The notes: generated from the sequence alone by a model not told the origin. DNA of 64,000 nt from Candidatus Hydrogenedentota bacterium (GCA_034669905.1 JAXMOL010000002.1:32001-96000), one strand, 5' to 3'; positions 11,601 through 21,125 are shown, counted from the first letter of the stretch. Translations and numbers: made by a program.

Positions 11601-13807
11601 ATACAGGCGACGAGTTGCAGCAGGCCACTTGGACCGTCACCCGGCAGGATGGCTCGCCCATCACGATCAGCGATATTCATCGCCTGACCTCACCAGTCGG
11701 ACCGTCAATTGAAGCTCCTGGGAAGTCCGGTGTACGTACCGAGTTGTTTGATCTCGAGCACCATCTGTTCCTGGTGTTGAGCGAACCCGTTGGAAGCCGA
11801 GAAATACTCGACATAACGGGGCCCGAGATCATACGTCAGGTCGTGAACCCCGTGACACATGCCATTGAAATTGGGGAAACCTTCAATCCGAGCTTTACAC
11901 TGCCGTTCAGTGACAAGTACCTCGAATCGCCGGCGATCAAAGTCAACCAGGTGGGCTATGCGCCGCAGGCCACTGCACGCTATGCCTATGTTTCCGGTTG
12001 GTTGGGCGACGGCGGGGCGCTCCCCTTGACCGGCTACCCCGCGACAGCCAGTGTGCTCATCGAGCCCTTGGATCCGGCCGACCCACGAGAAGCTGTCGTT
12101 GATAATATCGGTATCACCCTCCGACAAGTCCGTGATGGCGATGGCCAATTGGCGAACGATCCCTACGTGGGAAGTGACGTTCGCGAAATCGACATCTCGA
12201 GTGTCCCACAAGCAGAGGGGACCGTTTACCGCGTCCATGTACCTGGCGTAGGCGTATCCTGGCCAACCCAGGTGAGTGAAACCGCCGTCTACCGCGCCTA
12301 CTTCACCATCGCCCGAGGGCTGACCTACAATCGCTGGGGCCGATTCTTCAGTCCGGAATGGACGGAGTTTGCACCCCGCCCCTCCGAACACACGACGGTC
12401 TTCACCAATGACGCCGAGGATTGGGGGCGCGAAACCGGTGCGTTCAGCGAAATGACGCCCCTGGTAGGACAACGCTTCCTGGAGGGAGGACACCACGATG
12501 CCGGTGACTTTGACATCCGTCCCCAACACTATACGGTCGGCATGTTCCTCCTTCGCGCCTACGAAGTACAAAAGGACTTTCACTTGGATGGCCAGTTGAA
12601 TATCCGTGAAAGTGGCAACGGCATTCCCGATCTTCTGGATGAGGCCCTCTGGAGCATCGCTGCGTGGGAACAACTCCAAGAAGAAGATGGCGGTGTCCGG
12701 GCTGGTGCGGAGTCCTACTCCCATCCGGGGGAATACAACTTCGCGGACCTGGATGCCCTGCCCTACTTCACGTTCGGACGCGAACCCTATCACACCATGC
12801 GTGTCGCCGGACTCTTTGCCCATGCCGCGCGCCTGGTTGATCCCTTTGATCCCCAGCGCGCAAATACGCTGATAGAGCGCGCCATTGCAGCATTTAACTA
12901 TGCCACAGACAATGGCATAAACGAAGACCACGTTGGGCCGACACTCTATGCCGCTGGCGAACTCTATGGCGTTACCGGAAACGAGGCGTATGGGGATGTC
13001 TTTGAAGCTATCTGGTCGGTGCGCGGGGACAATTTCCGCGGAACTCCAGCCCTATACATCGTACCGCCAGAAGGCGGCACCTACGCAGCCACGACGAACC
13101 TGCGCGAACACATAGACTATGTCTTCGGCTACTTTGAGGGACCAGAACCGAACACCACGTACCTCAGTCGACTCCGGACATTTACACGGGAAGAGGCTGC
13201 GTTACAGGCCGGTGCCGTGCGGGGACTTCACGCCTACCGTAGCGGTCGAAACCCGGGCGATGTGGTCGCCTCGGGCTATGGCACAACGACTGGTCGATGG
13301 CTCCTTGCTATCTATGCCCGCATTGGGATGGGCGTCGATGACCCGGACGAACTTCAGTCGCTCTATAATGCCATGAGTCTGTCGGCTGACTACGTGCTGG
13401 GTTGTAATCCCATGGGAAGAACGTGGATTACGGGACTGGGCTCCCGTCCCCCACTCCATGTATTGCATGGCGAAAGCCAGACCTTGAACTACATGGGTGA
13501 AGGGCATATTCCTGGTATACCGGTCTATGGCCCGGTCTCTCGTGTACCCAATGTTTTTACCTATTCCTTTGCAAAAAATCTCTGCTATCCAGGCTTTGAT
13601 TCTCGTCCCCTGATGTTCCGCTATCTGGACGTGAGCACGTGGGCGGTGACCAACGAGTTTACCGTTTGGGAAAACCAGGCACCCCACACCGCTCTCTTTT
13701 CAATGCTCGTGGCCCCGGGCCTGACACCGCCCGACTCCTGGCTTCCCGGTGGTGAGAATTACGCCACGCCACTCGCACCGCGTGAGTCGGCGCTGGAGAC
13801 CCCCTGA
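5621..13807 (+). CDS. Giant surface lipoprotein: 18 Big_2 Ig-like repeats, further beta-sandwich domains, C-terminal GH9-like glycoside hydrolase
   Basis: Lipobox LLAG-C after MKRCLQ. 18 repeats of ~81 aa with an FTWxSSNxxVATV core. Two ASH/PapD-like domains (DFGSV...ITLTN), an FN3-like segment, CelD_N-like VNQVGY, GGHHDAGDFD and YLD...TNEFT. Confidence 0.85.
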   Translation: MKRCLQSVVLVAVVALLAGCPETSPDAPSLRVTPAAVSLTIDETQRLTVTSTDAADTFTFSSSAPGVVSVSVSGLLTGVSEGNATITVTGSNSGLTATVPATVPGAMTVTPTAVLLRPSRSALLLAESSNPQDSFIWTSANRDIALVNNAGLVTGVSAGDTTITVRGSQSGSEATAFVTIAGSAGAGIDVTPAELVLRPSQTSTLTANSTDAEDTFTWNSSNPEVATIDENGMVTAIAEGEVNFNVTGSKSKASGVALGFVVTQPLGEITINPPELVLRPGRTAVLTANSTEAADEILWSSTDSNVATIDAGGRVTAVGGGRAFLIAEGTQSGATGTTSLTVLGDAATRVTLSPAEIVLRPTQRATLSPQSTHIEDSFLWTSTDETIATVDENGQVTAVAEGEATIVATGSSSNVSSTSLVNVVGRAPAIISVNPTEVELRPTRTTKLEARSTDPDDTFTWSSSDNGVAIIDGDGIVTVTAIAVGEVTVVATGTASNDSGSATVTVAGRPPASITIDPDQIVLRPSRSTVLLATSSEQQDIIRWSTSDASVATVSSGGRVTAVAEGSATISALGSLSGATATAQITVEGRAAANVTLSPDEVTLRPTRSTTLTANSENVDDTFSWTSSNEAVATVDGNGRVTAIAIGQANITATGSVSADTGTAQVTVEGTPPASITIDPESIVIQPERTSLLTAMSTLTTDSLTWASEDDGIATVDATGMVTGVAEGVTNITVTGSVSGATNSTRVTVSGTPPVTLELTPPGLVLRPTLTALLNASSTDTLDTFDWTSSDESVATVDATGKVTAVAVGVVTITATGTRSGATATTRVTVAGAEPAEITVSPDNVVLRPTRTLTLDVSSTDEEDEFTWTSSNPAVATIDAAGMVTAIAEGQATITATGTHSNDSGSTLVTVSGTVPTTVVLTPNTVVLRPTRTATIIASSSNTEDVFTWSSTNPAVATVDANGTVSALSTGETTIVASGSLSQATGTARITVSGTSPATIDITPVGIELKPTQTVVLVANSTDLEDAFTWASTNTNVAVVETDGTVSAVEEGETTVTATGTRSGAIGSAVISVAGSIPTEIGVVPATRTLRIRETAVLVATSNNPSDTFTWSSSNNAVATVDATGRVTGVSEGQVSIVATGSSSGVSGTATVTVSGRLPAVIAITPTVNVLRPTQTLTLAATSTDPADAFTWASSDTSIATITPDGVVAAVVEGEVTITATGTNSGDSGTTTVTVAGRAPAEISITPADPVVRPLQTTTLSATSSDPTDIIIWTVEDESIATAEHDGTIRGLAVGETEVIATGSMSGDSASVTLSVAGRPFAEIVVDPVETALRVGEVGLVSATSTDAEDDITWTSSNTAVATVLPDGSVVANAVGVAQLTATGTASGDSGMGQVTVGSAEVTVSSTLLPLHAGTTETMVATSTDPNDRKFTWTSSNPNAAIVSPTGVVLGVEPGTTTIRAVGNVSGSAGLVEVTVVPSVTSLILWDGESGFDGEYGRLNTEEAFRGTACFEGTPDFYHTSALDLLNESFRTDLSRFDEIWYFAKVSHPGSYIRFSTQFFPRTSRSSNSQPLTDEYELVRVAIDDLRTTEYQVNAAERLYFTINNPSETRRLFVDDIRAVSLAPYDGELIPIMGTATSTDFGSVNVGESVDREITLTNRGTKSLTVHSLALFGTHPGEFSAPNTTFTIPPGGSHTFTTTFSPTTVLNKEVGDKSAQLVLTHELTPFGSTTTIPLLGRALSPAIEISRANLDFGSVRLGLSSTKKLQVTNVGNGSLSVNSVAASDPAVQVLPPSFNLEPGESQNLTVIYMPLGTDALMDSLSIQSNATNTSNYTVPLIGSGRAMEDIGALTVIPGDVDTNSVQLSWPQLTGAATVNVYFGPEPSATENGALPLQRLVASLSGDTTAYTVENLAPGVDVFFHLEVLDIGNLPIATGNAHARVDGGPEAELDPSVFVQEVHLYAPDILQIVVVNPLVHSGVPGADTVDWGIDGIVGDTGDELQQATWTVTRQDGSPITISDIHRLTSPVGPSIEAPGKSGVRTELFDLEHHLFLVLSEPVGSREILDITGPEIIRQVVNPVTHAIEIGETFNPSFTLPFSDKYLESPAIKVNQVGYAPQATARYAYVSGWLGDGGALPLTGYPATASVLIEPLDPADPREAVVDNIGITLRQVRDGDGQLANDPYVGSDVREIDISSVPQAEGTVYRVHVPGVGVSWPTQVSETAVYRAYFTIARGLTYNRWGRFFSPEWTEFAPRPSEHTTVFTNDAEDWGRETGAFSEMTPLVGQRFLEGGHHDAGDFDIRPQHYTVGMFLLRAYEVQKDFHLDGQLNIRESGNGIPDLLDEALWSIAAWEQLQEEDGGVRAGAESYSHPGEYNFADLDALPYFTFGREPYHTMRVAGLFAHAARLVDPFDPQRANTLIERAIAAFNYATDNGINEDHVGPTLYAAGELYGVTGNEAYGDVFEAIWSVRGDNFRGTPALYIVPPEGGTYAATTNLREHIDYVFGYFEGPEPNTTYLSRLRTFTREEAALQAGAVRGLHAYRSGRNPGDVVASGYGTTTGRWLLAIYARIGMGVDDPDELQSLYNAMSLSADYVLGCNPMGRTWITGLGSRPPLHVLHGESQTLNYMGEGHIPGIPVYGPVSRVPNVFTYSFAKNLCYPGFDSRPLMFRYLDVSTWAVTNEFTVWENQAPHTALFSMLVAPGLTPPDSWLPGGENYATPLAPRESALETP

Positions 13808-13817
13808 GTCCTTCCAC

Positions 13818-13864
13818 AAAAAAGGCCTGGCTGATGCTTCCATGTTGGGAAGCTCAGCCAGGCC
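13818..13864 (-). terminator. Intrinsic terminator between convergent genes
   Basis: Stem ggcctggctga-t-gcttcc / ggaagc-tcagccaggcc with an A6 run on the + strand (U-tract for the minus-strand operon). Confidence 0.8.
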
Positions 13865-13880
13865 ATAATGACGTTCGAAA

Positions 13881-15092
13881 TCAGTCCTTCGGTGCGAGGA
13901 CTTCCTGCTGCGGGGCCGCGTCAATCCACGTTCGAATGGTCGTGCGCAGACGTTCACCCAGTTGCTCTTCCGAGTAGCTACCCAAACTCGCTGTCCGAAG
14001 ATTCGCCGCCAGACGGGATGTCCGCTCAGAATCGCCCAACATGGTGGATACGGCCTCGCCAAAGCCCTCGGCCGTGTCCCGGACGACGAGCTCGTCTTCG
14101 CTGAAATTCAGGCCTTCGGCCCCGATAGCGGTCGTGACAACCGCCTTCCCATACGCGGCCACTTCCAGAATACGTGTCTTCGTACCCGAACCCATTCGCA
14201 GCGGCGCGATACAGAAATCCGCATTGACGATGGTCGCGCCCATGTCATCCACTTCGCCGACCAATCGCACCCGCTCCAGCCCCAACTCTTCGATCAGTTT
14301 GCTGTACTCCGCCGTTGCGCCCCGGCCGACAATATGCAACTCACCATCGTGCGCGGCCAGTGCCTCCCGTATATGGGGATAAATTTCACGTGCAATATAG
14401 CGAAATGCATCGAGATTGACTGCAGAACTCAACACCCCATGAAAAAGGATATACCGCTTTTCCACGGCCGTCGGCGCAGGAATCTCGCACACCGTGGGCA
14501 TCGCATTGGGAATCGTGGCCATGGTCGGCCCGGTCTCCCCTTCGCGCCCCAGTGCTTCCAGTGTTTTCGTTTCCAGTTCATTGGTCATCAGGTAGAGGCA
14601 CTGCCGCGTCATCAGCCACTTTTCAAATTTGCGGTTGCGAAGATAGGCAAACAGATAATAGCGATTCCTGATGGAGCGGTTTTGATCCCACGCCTGTTGC
14701 GCAATCCGGGAGGTCAGGAAATCCAAATCCACCACAATGCGACTGTCTGGCACGAGGTCCAGCACATGCGGAATGAGGGCCGCGGCCGCCGCATGACGCA
14801 TGAACAGCAAATCGGGTTGATGGGTTTCTATCGCCCGACGAAATGCCGAAATAGCCTCCCTGGAATAGGTTGCCACCGTATTCGACCAGAACCAGCGAGG
14901 GGTTTGATAGGACAACGTGAGTGGGCCATCCCCGTCCTGCTGGAAGCCCTCCCCCGGCCCGTCGGTCTCTTCAATGTACACATCGATGACGGTGTACGCT
15001 TCCTGGAGGGCCGCGATCAGGAACCGTGCCCGCTGCTTGTCACCGCCACGCAATCCCACGTACGGCGCGCCTATGTTCAACAGGGTTGGCAA
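13881..15092 (-). CDS. Glycosyltransferase family 4
   Basis: C-terminal APLRMGSGTKTRILEVAAYGKAVVTT motif. TTG start inferred just after the GT8 stop. Confidence 0.8.
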   Translation of the reverse strand: MPTLLNIGAPYVGLRGGDKQRARFLIAALQEAYTVIDVYIEETDGPGEGFQQDGDGPLTLSYQTPRWFWSNTVATYSREAISAFRRAIETHQPDLLFMRHAAAAALIPHVLDLVPDSRIVVDLDFLTSRIAQQAWDQNRSIRNRYYLFAYLRNRKFEKWLMTRQCLYLMTNELETKTLEALGREGETGPTMATIPNAMPTVCEIPAPTAVEKRYILFHGVLSSAVNLDAFRYIAREIYPHIREALAAHDGELHIVGRGATAEYSKLIEELGLERVRLVGEVDDMGATIVNADFCIAPLRMGSGTKTRILEVAAYGKAVVTTAIGAEGLNFSEDELVVRDTAEGFGEAVSTMLGDSERTSRLAANLRTASLGSYSEEQLGERLRTTIRTWIDAAPQQEVLAPKD

Positions 15093-15094
15093 AA

Positions 15095-16036
15095 CTAGCG
15101 CCCCCCTTTCGACGTGAACACCGTTGAAATACGCTGCCAGATCTTGCCCGGCAAACTCGCTCTGAAATTCCACGCGGGACGCCACCCCCGCCAATCGGTG
15201 TCATCCAGATAGCGGAAGAAAAACGTGCGATTCCGATTGGTGTATTCCGATTGCCACGGCTTATGGGAGGAGGAGTAGTGAACGATAAAGGGGTCTTTCA
15301 CAATCTTCTCAAAGGTGCTTTGGTCAAAGGGACTGGCTTCCCAGGAGGCATAGCCGAATATCTGGCTCATCTGGTTCCAGCGGGAATCAAGTACCTTCCA
15401 ACGGCCAGACAAGATAGCATTGAGCCCATCCTGATCATGAAACTGAACAAACTCCCGCTTCTCCGCCAGGTAGCGAAAGATGTCGGCCGCGATAGCCTCT
15501 TCTCGCCACAGGGCCACGTTAATCACCAAGACGCCCGCGTTGAGATACTTGGCGTCGGCTTCCAAGCCCAACTCCTTATACAGTCGGAGGCCCATCGGAG
15601 ACGACACGTAGGGCGCCGACACATCCTGTGCGGCCAACAACGGTGCATCGTCGATCGGAATCTGCCACAGTTCCGTCAAATCCTTCAACACGATCAAATC
15701 ACAGTCGAGATAAATAACCTTCTCTACCGTTTCGGGCAGCAGTTGGGGTATCAAGAGACGCAGATAGGTCGCTTCCGAAATATAGCCGGATATCATCAGG
15801 TCCGGCAACATCCCTTCCGGGTTCAGCCACTGAACGACGATATTGTCGGCCTGCCACGATTTCTCGAGTCGCACTCGGTGCTCCTCCGAAATCCCCCCGT
15901 CCAGGACATACACCTGCAGGGTATATTCTGGATCCAGATTCGACAGCGCCGAACGCACCGTGGCGGCCAGGGGCATGACGTACCCGTCGTCTGACGCCAC
16001 GACCAGATTTATCCGTTTTTCGTTCTCACTACTCAT
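15095..16036 (-). CDS. Glycosyltransferase family 8
   Basis: YLRLLIP, KVIYLDCDLIV, YLNAGVLVIN, DQDGLN and IVHY..HKPW motifs. Confidence 0.92.
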   Translation of the reverse strand: MSSENEKRINLVVASDDGYVMPLAATVRSALSNLDPEYTLQVYVLDGGISEEHRVRLEKSWQADNIVVQWLNPEGMLPDLMISGYISEATYLRLLIPQLLPETVEKVIYLDCDLIVLKDLTELWQIPIDDAPLLAAQDVSAPYVSSPMGLRLYKELGLEADAKYLNAGVLVINVALWREEAIAADIFRYLAEKREFVQFHDQDGLNAILSGRWKVLDSRWNQMSQIFGYASWEASPFDQSTFEKIVKDPFIVHYSSSHKPWQSEYTNRNRTFFFRYLDDTDWRGWRPAWNFRASLPGKIWQRISTVFTSKGGR

Positions 16037-16087
16037 ATTATAAAAGCCTCAATCGATAGATGGTGCTGGACGGCTCACGGTGCATTG

Positions 16088-16999
16088 TCAATGACCCCGA
16101 AGCGCACAATAAAGCAATCGATATGAATCCAAATTCAGGGGGGCATTGCGCCAGGCCAGTACCGCATAGCGCCTTGCCGATGCCACATAGCCCGCCTCCA
16201 GGGCCCACCACGCCCAACGCACATACGTTTGTCCGATCGATTGGGCCTTGGGTGGGTCCATCGAGACTTCCGGTATCCCTCTCCGCTGGCACGCTTCCGC
16301 GATAGCACGATTGCTGGAGGCAATACCTTCCTTGTGGTTGACGACGGTCACCTGCAGGGGATGTTGCCGGTAGTAGAGCAATATTTCCGGCAGATTCTCA
16401 AGATTCCCCAACTCGCCCAGCCGCAACCAGAGGTCAAAATCCTCGGCACTCACAAACGCGTCGCGATACCCGCCTACACTCCGAATGGCTTCCGTTCGAA
16501 TCATCGTACTCGGGTGGCAGAGTTGGCAGCGTTCCGCCCGTATATGGGAACCGTCAATCTCCTCGTGCGTCGACTGCTGAAACCAGGTGTCGGAAAGGGG
16601 CCGCCCCCTTGGATCTACAAAGGTCACAAAGGTTCCCAGCGCCACACATTCCGGGTGCGCGTCCATATAGGCCACCTGCTTCTCAAAGCGCTCGGGAAGG
16701 CTGATGTCATCGGCGTCCATGCGTGCGATAAGGGGAGCTCGGGCAAGTTCGATGCCTTGATTCAACGTCGCCACCAGGCCCCGGTTTTCGCGCGAAACAA
16801 CGCGCACACGTGGGTCACGGGCGGCGATTTCTTCCAATATAGCGAGCGACCCATCCTTGGAGCCGTCGTCGATAATGATGGCCTCAAAGTCGCGAAAGGT
16901 CTGATTCAAGATGCTTTCGATGGCTTCCGAAAGATAGGCTTCCCCATTGTAGACTGGAAGGATTACAGAAATCCTTGGGGGGGCTTGTGTGTCGGTCAT
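16088..16999 (-). CDS. Glycosyltransferase family 2
   Basis: SVILPVYNGE, IIDDGSKD, ARMDADD and AEDFDLWLR motifs. Confidence 0.92.
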   Translation of the reverse strand: MTDTQAPPRISVILPVYNGEAYLSEAIESILNQTFRDFEAIIIDDGSKDGSLAILEEIAARDPRVRVVSRENRGLVATLNQGIELARAPLIARMDADDISLPERFEKQVAYMDAHPECVALGTFVTFVDPRGRPLSDTWFQQSTHEEIDGSHIRAERCQLCHPSTMIRTEAIRSVGGYRDAFVSAEDFDLWLRLGELGNLENLPEILLYYRQHPLQVTVVNHKEGIASSNRAIAEACQRRGIPEVSMDPPKAQSIGQTYVRWAWWALEAGYVASARRYAVLAWRNAPLNLDSYRLLYCALRGH

Positions 17000-17153
17000 T
17001 GAGCAGTCCTGTGAAGTTTAGGCTACGGACTTCCGCCGAAATCCGTGCGTGGCATAGGGGTTCAATATGCGTGATGATATGACAAAATAGCAAACGCTGG
17101 AGTATTTCATTGGTTCTATCTCAGCTCTTACCCGACTTCGAGTAACCCCGTTA

Positions 17154-18254
17154 TCAGTGCCCCGAACGGCTAACCACAACGCCCTCGGGCAAGGACTCCG
17201 AAAAGGCCTTGGGGTCCTCCCAATAGTCTCGGTCCTCCGCCAGAACCCGCCGCGCTGCACGGAGACGTTCCGACAAACCGTAGTCGAACCAGTATTCGCC
17301 AATGAAGCGGGAGGCAAGCTTCCGCCCACCTGGCAGGGCATGTAGCCGGTAGCCCGCCATTCCTTTGTAGAATTGAAAGGCCCCGATCAATCCCAAGCGG
17401 TAACTTTCCCGCCAGGCGCTGAGGGCCTCGGACAGCAGACCAAGATGGCAGGTCAGGACCAGATTATTCTTGTGCGTAGCAGAGCGGAGACAGGCCAGGT
17501 ACTGGGACGAAGGCCTATCCTGTCCCAGGATAAGTCCGGAAATCTCCAGAAAGAGCCGCTTTCGACCCAGAATATGATCCGGCCGCGATTCATTGGCGGA
17601 TATCGCGCCCCCATCATTTCCCGGACGGCGTACAAAGTGATCCGGGAAGTTCACCCGGGCGTATTGCCGGGTCGCCAGCAACGCCCGTATATGGAATTCC
17701 CAATCTTGCCAACTGGGTGCAAGTTCGTCCCATTCCAACTGGGCTTCATCGAGAAAAGACCGTCGCCAGAACGGCCCGGTCGTTTGCCAGGGCGCATCCA
17801 GCAATAAAAAGCGTTCCAGATCGTCTGCCTCCGTAAAGGCATTCCACATCGTTCGCAGATCGCCCGGCACCTCAACAAACAACGCGGCGGGATATACCGA
17901 AAAATCGAGCGTCCTATTGGCTTCCATCAGGGCCACACGGGCCTCGAGACATGTGGGGTGCAACAAATCATCGGAATCCAGAAAGATGACATATTCGCCC
18001 TGGGATGCATGAAACCCCTGATTCCGGCAGGCTGGAGCGCCTTTCTGCGTGCCCGCCCGGCGCATATAGTGTATCCGCTCATCATCCGCACATTGCGCCG
18101 TCATGACGGAATCCGTGTCGTCGGTGGAGTGATCATCCACCACATACGCCTCCCAATTCGTATGGGATTGCGCTCGGAGAGAGTCCAGGGTCTGAATCAA
18201 ACACTCCGCACGGTTGTACGTTGGAATAACGATGGAAACCTGCTTTTTAACCAC
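17154..18254 (-). CDS. Glycosyltransferase family 2
   Basis: SIVIPTYNR, VVDDHSTD, FLDSDD and QDWEF motifs. Confidence 0.9.
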   Translation of the reverse strand: MVKKQVSIVIPTYNRAECLIQTLDSLRAQSHTNWEAYVVDDHSTDDTDSVMTAQCADDERIHYMRRAGTQKGAPACRNQGFHASQGEYVIFLDSDDLLHPTCLEARVALMEANRTLDFSVYPAALFVEVPGDLRTMWNAFTEADDLERFLLLDAPWQTTGPFWRRSFLDEAQLEWDELAPSWQDWEFHIRALLATRQYARVNFPDHFVRRPGNDGGAISANESRPDHILGRKRLFLEISGLILGQDRPSSQYLACLRSATHKNNLVLTCHLGLLSEALSAWRESYRLGLIGAFQFYKGMAGYRLHALPGGRKLASRFIGEYWFDYGLSERLRAARRVLAEDRDYWEDPKAFSESLPEGVVVSRSGH

Positions 18255-18340
18255 GTGCTATCTTCCCGCTTGGTCGTCCAAAGCCGAAACGAAGTGCGTT
18301 TCCTGCCTGATGGGCCGCGCGTTGCCACTGGCAGCCATCA

Positions 18341-19471
18341 TCATGTTGCATTCGATGTCACCCCCGAGATGGCCGCGGCCAGACGAGCGATACTGTGGTC
18401 CATCGAAAACTTGTCGCAAATGTGTTCGCGTGCAAAGCGCCCCATTTCTCCCGCCAGCTCGGCGTCTCGCGCCAACTGACACAAGTAGGTCGCCATGCCA
18501 TCAATATCACGCTCGGGCACCAGGAATCCCGATCGCTCATGCTCCACCACATCACGAATACCCGCATGGGCGGTGGCCACGACCGGAATACCGCTCGCGC
18601 CAGCTTCCAAGACCGCAACCGGTGTCCCCTCGGAGTCGCCGTTGCTCGCCGTCACACTGTGCTGGATGAAGGCCCGGGCCCCTTTCATCCGCTCCGCAAC
18701 GACCTCATGGGAACAACTGCCCAGCAACTCGACACACGATTCCAGATTCAAGGCCTGAACCATTTGTGAGCAGGCATCCAGCAAGGGACCATCCCCAATC
18801 ATCACCAGACGGGCATCCGGACATTCTTGCCAAACTTTCTGAAAGGCCAGTATGGCAAGGTGGGGGGCCTTCTTATCCACAAAGCGACCGACGGAAAGAA
18901 AGACCGGCGGAGCCTCCGCCGGATTCGAGGCCGTAAATTTCGTCGTCTCCACGCCACAGGGATTCCAATGGGTCTTCTCTGGTGGCGCACCCATGGATAT
19001 CAGGTGCTCACGCATGTGTTTGGATACGGCGATAAATGCCTGGGCATGGGCGAAAAGATGCTCATACCGCGCGCCGTATTCCTTCCAAACCTCCACGGAG
19101 TGTGCATCGTAGCCATGAAAGTGAACAACCAAGGGCACATCGTGCTTGTTGCACGCGTCCACAATATCGGCACCCACCACCCCGTACTCCGACATCACCA
19201 CGTCGATCTGATTGCGCACCAACCAACGGCCAAAGACTTCCTGGTTTACCTTTGCCTCGGCATCATAGCCCTTCGCGCGGAATCCCGTAATTTTTCGAAT
19301 CAGCCGGTCACCCAACGAGCCCAAGGGCGCGTCATCAGCGGTCTGAAACCGGGGGACATTGCCCCACTGGGCATAGACGCCCGTCACCTCGAAGGGAAGC
19401 AACGCGATATGATCGCGAATAAAAGTCTCCGAATAGGTCCCTTTGCTCGGATGGGCAATACAAAGTCTCAT
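18341..19471 (-). CDS. Glycosyltransferase family 4 (WcaL-like)
   Basis: SETFI, HFHGYD, VGRFVDKK and GDSEGTPVAVLEAGASG motifs. ATG overlaps the upstream stop (ATGA). Confidence 0.9.
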   Translation of the reverse strand: MRLCIAHPSKGTYSETFIRDHIALLPFEVTGVYAQWGNVPRFQTADDAPLGSLGDRLIRKITGFRAKGYDAEAKVNQEVFGRWLVRNQIDVVMSEYGVVGADIVDACNKHDVPLVVHFHGYDAHSVEVWKEYGARYEHLFAHAQAFIAVSKHMREHLISMGAPPEKTHWNPCGVETTKFTASNPAEAPPVFLSVGRFVDKKAPHLAILAFQKVWQECPDARLVMIGDGPLLDACSQMVQALNLESCVELLGSCSHEVVAERMKGARAFIQHSVTASNGDSEGTPVAVLEAGASGIPVVATAHAGIRDVVEHERSGFLVPERDIDGMATYLCQLARDAELAGEMGRFAREHICDKFSMDHSIARLAAAISGVTSNAT

Positions 19472-20280
19472 TGATGGGCTTTCCTGGTAAATTTGGCGAT
19501 TTGGCGCGTTGTCCATAGGCGCAGAAAGTCTTTCAGGGAAACAGGATAGTATTCCGCATAATGCTCCGCCATGGCATATCGCTGACCGTTAAAATTCATA
19601 GGACGTAGCGCGACATTTCTTTCAAGAACACAGTGGGTATATTGATTGGTCTGCCAGACATCTTCCAAGGAATAGTGCTTTATTGAAAGGCCAAACTCCT
19701 CACAAAGTGATTGAATGTCACCGACCGTAATGATTTCATCGACAATCTGCAACTCATCCGGTTCGTGCTCACGCATATATCGCTGATAAAGCTCGCTTGG
19801 AAAGGTAAGGGCAATCGCTCCTCCGTCCGCAAGATTGGCACAAAGATTCTTAAACAGTGCACTTCGTTGGGCAACGGGAATATGCCCCAAGACGTCTACC
19901 AGGATAATGATATTCACGGGCTGCTCGGACCACTGCGTCAGCAAATCCCCATCATGGACCACATCAATGGCCTTGAACTTAACGTTATTCGCTTTGCAAA
20001 GCTCTTCCGCCGCCTTCACCGCTTCAGAGCTAATGTCACACGCAGAAACGTGGCCGTCAGCGGCGCGTGCAGCCCAGTACCCCGTCAGGATTCCTGCGCC
20101 ACACCCCACCTCCAATACATGGGCATCCTTGGCAATATGCGGCAGAATGCGTGTCAATGCTGCAATATGTCGGAAATTGGGGCGCTCTTGGTAAGAAGCA
20201 AAACGACCATGGGTAAAGTCGTCGTAGTATGCCTCGATTTCCTTCCGTCGTTGCGCGTCATCGTCATTCAAGGTGTTCAT
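19468..20280 (-). CDS. Class I SAM-dependent methyltransferase
   Basis: Motif I VLEVGCGAG, followed by ACDIS. Confidence 0.85.
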   Translation of the reverse strand: MNTLNDDDAQRRKEIEAYYDDFTHGRFASYQERPNFRHIAALTRILPHIAKDAHVLEVGCGAGILTGYWAARAADGHVSACDISSEAVKAAEELCKANNVKFKAIDVVHDGDLLTQWSEQPVNIIILVDVLGHIPVAQRSALFKNLCANLADGGAIALTFPSELYQRYMREHEPDELQIVDEIITVGDIQSLCEEFGLSIKHYSLEDVWQTNQYTHCVLERNVALRPMNFNGQRYAMAEHYAEYYPVSLKDFLRLWTTRQIAKFTRKAHQ

Positions 20281-20396
20281 TGAAGCAACCTTTCTGAACG
20301 CCGACTAGACGTCATTTGCAATTACTCGTTGCCAAATTATTCGCCAGCATTCCACAGTAGACTGCGACGAATTCGTCAAGGTACTTTAAAGCATGT

Positions 20397-21125
20397 TCAG
20401 ACTTTCTTCTGAGCAACGAGCGAATAGCCCAATGGGAACTGTCTCATCGTCGAATTCGACATTCGCTTCATGGCACCCAGATTAAAAATCCCATCCAGAA
20501 CACTTTTGCACAATTTCGCTTTCCACCCAACGCGCAGGTTTTTTCCAATCAAATCCATGCAGATTTCCCGAAACCCCCCATAGGGCTCCAAGGAAAGAAC
20601 GGACAAGCCGTGCTGATCGCAAAAATGACGTAGCTTATGCTCAGTATAGCGATGAAAGTCGTAGGGTTCTTCATGCAACCAATACATGAACGGCACCCCC
20701 AATATCAGTTTCCCTTGGGGCCGCAGCACCCGGACGATATCGGAGAACAGTATGTCTGGTTGTGCAATATGTTCCAGTACATCCGATGCGAGAATGGTGT
20801 CAAAAGACTCTGTGGCCAGGGGAATGCCCTCATTCAGATCGCAAGCAGCATCGATAAATGATGCCTCATGAAGTGTTTGAGGCCAATCTATGCAAATCAC
20901 TTCCTCAGCATGTGGTTGATAAACTCCGTAGAGCGGTGCGTTTCCACATCCTAGATCCAGAAGCTTTCCGGCGACATGCTGCGCCAACAAACCCTGATAG
21001 GCCGCAGCAATGCGATCGGCGATTAGACGCGATGTGGGTGACACACAGGCCGGATCCCTGGAAGCCATCAACTGATCATTTTCTAGTACAAATTTCGTTG
21101 CTGTCCACTCAGTTTCTCGACGCAT
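20397..21125 (-). CDS. Class I SAM-dependent methyltransferase (type 11-like)
   Basis: LLDLGCG, FDTILASDVLEHI, LRPQG and HEEPYDFHRYT motifs. Confidence 0.88.
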   Translation of the reverse strand: MRRETEWTATKFVLENDQLMASRDPACVSPTSRLIADRIAAAYQGLLAQHVAGKLLDLGCGNAPLYGVYQPHAEEVICIDWPQTLHEASFIDAACDLNEGIPLATESFDTILASDVLEHIAQPDILFSDIVRVLRPQGKLILGVPFMYWLHEEPYDFHRYTEHKLRHFCDQHGLSVLSLEPYGGFREICMDLIGKNLRVGWKAKLCKSVLDGIFNLGAMKRMSNSTMRQFPLGYSLVAQKKV

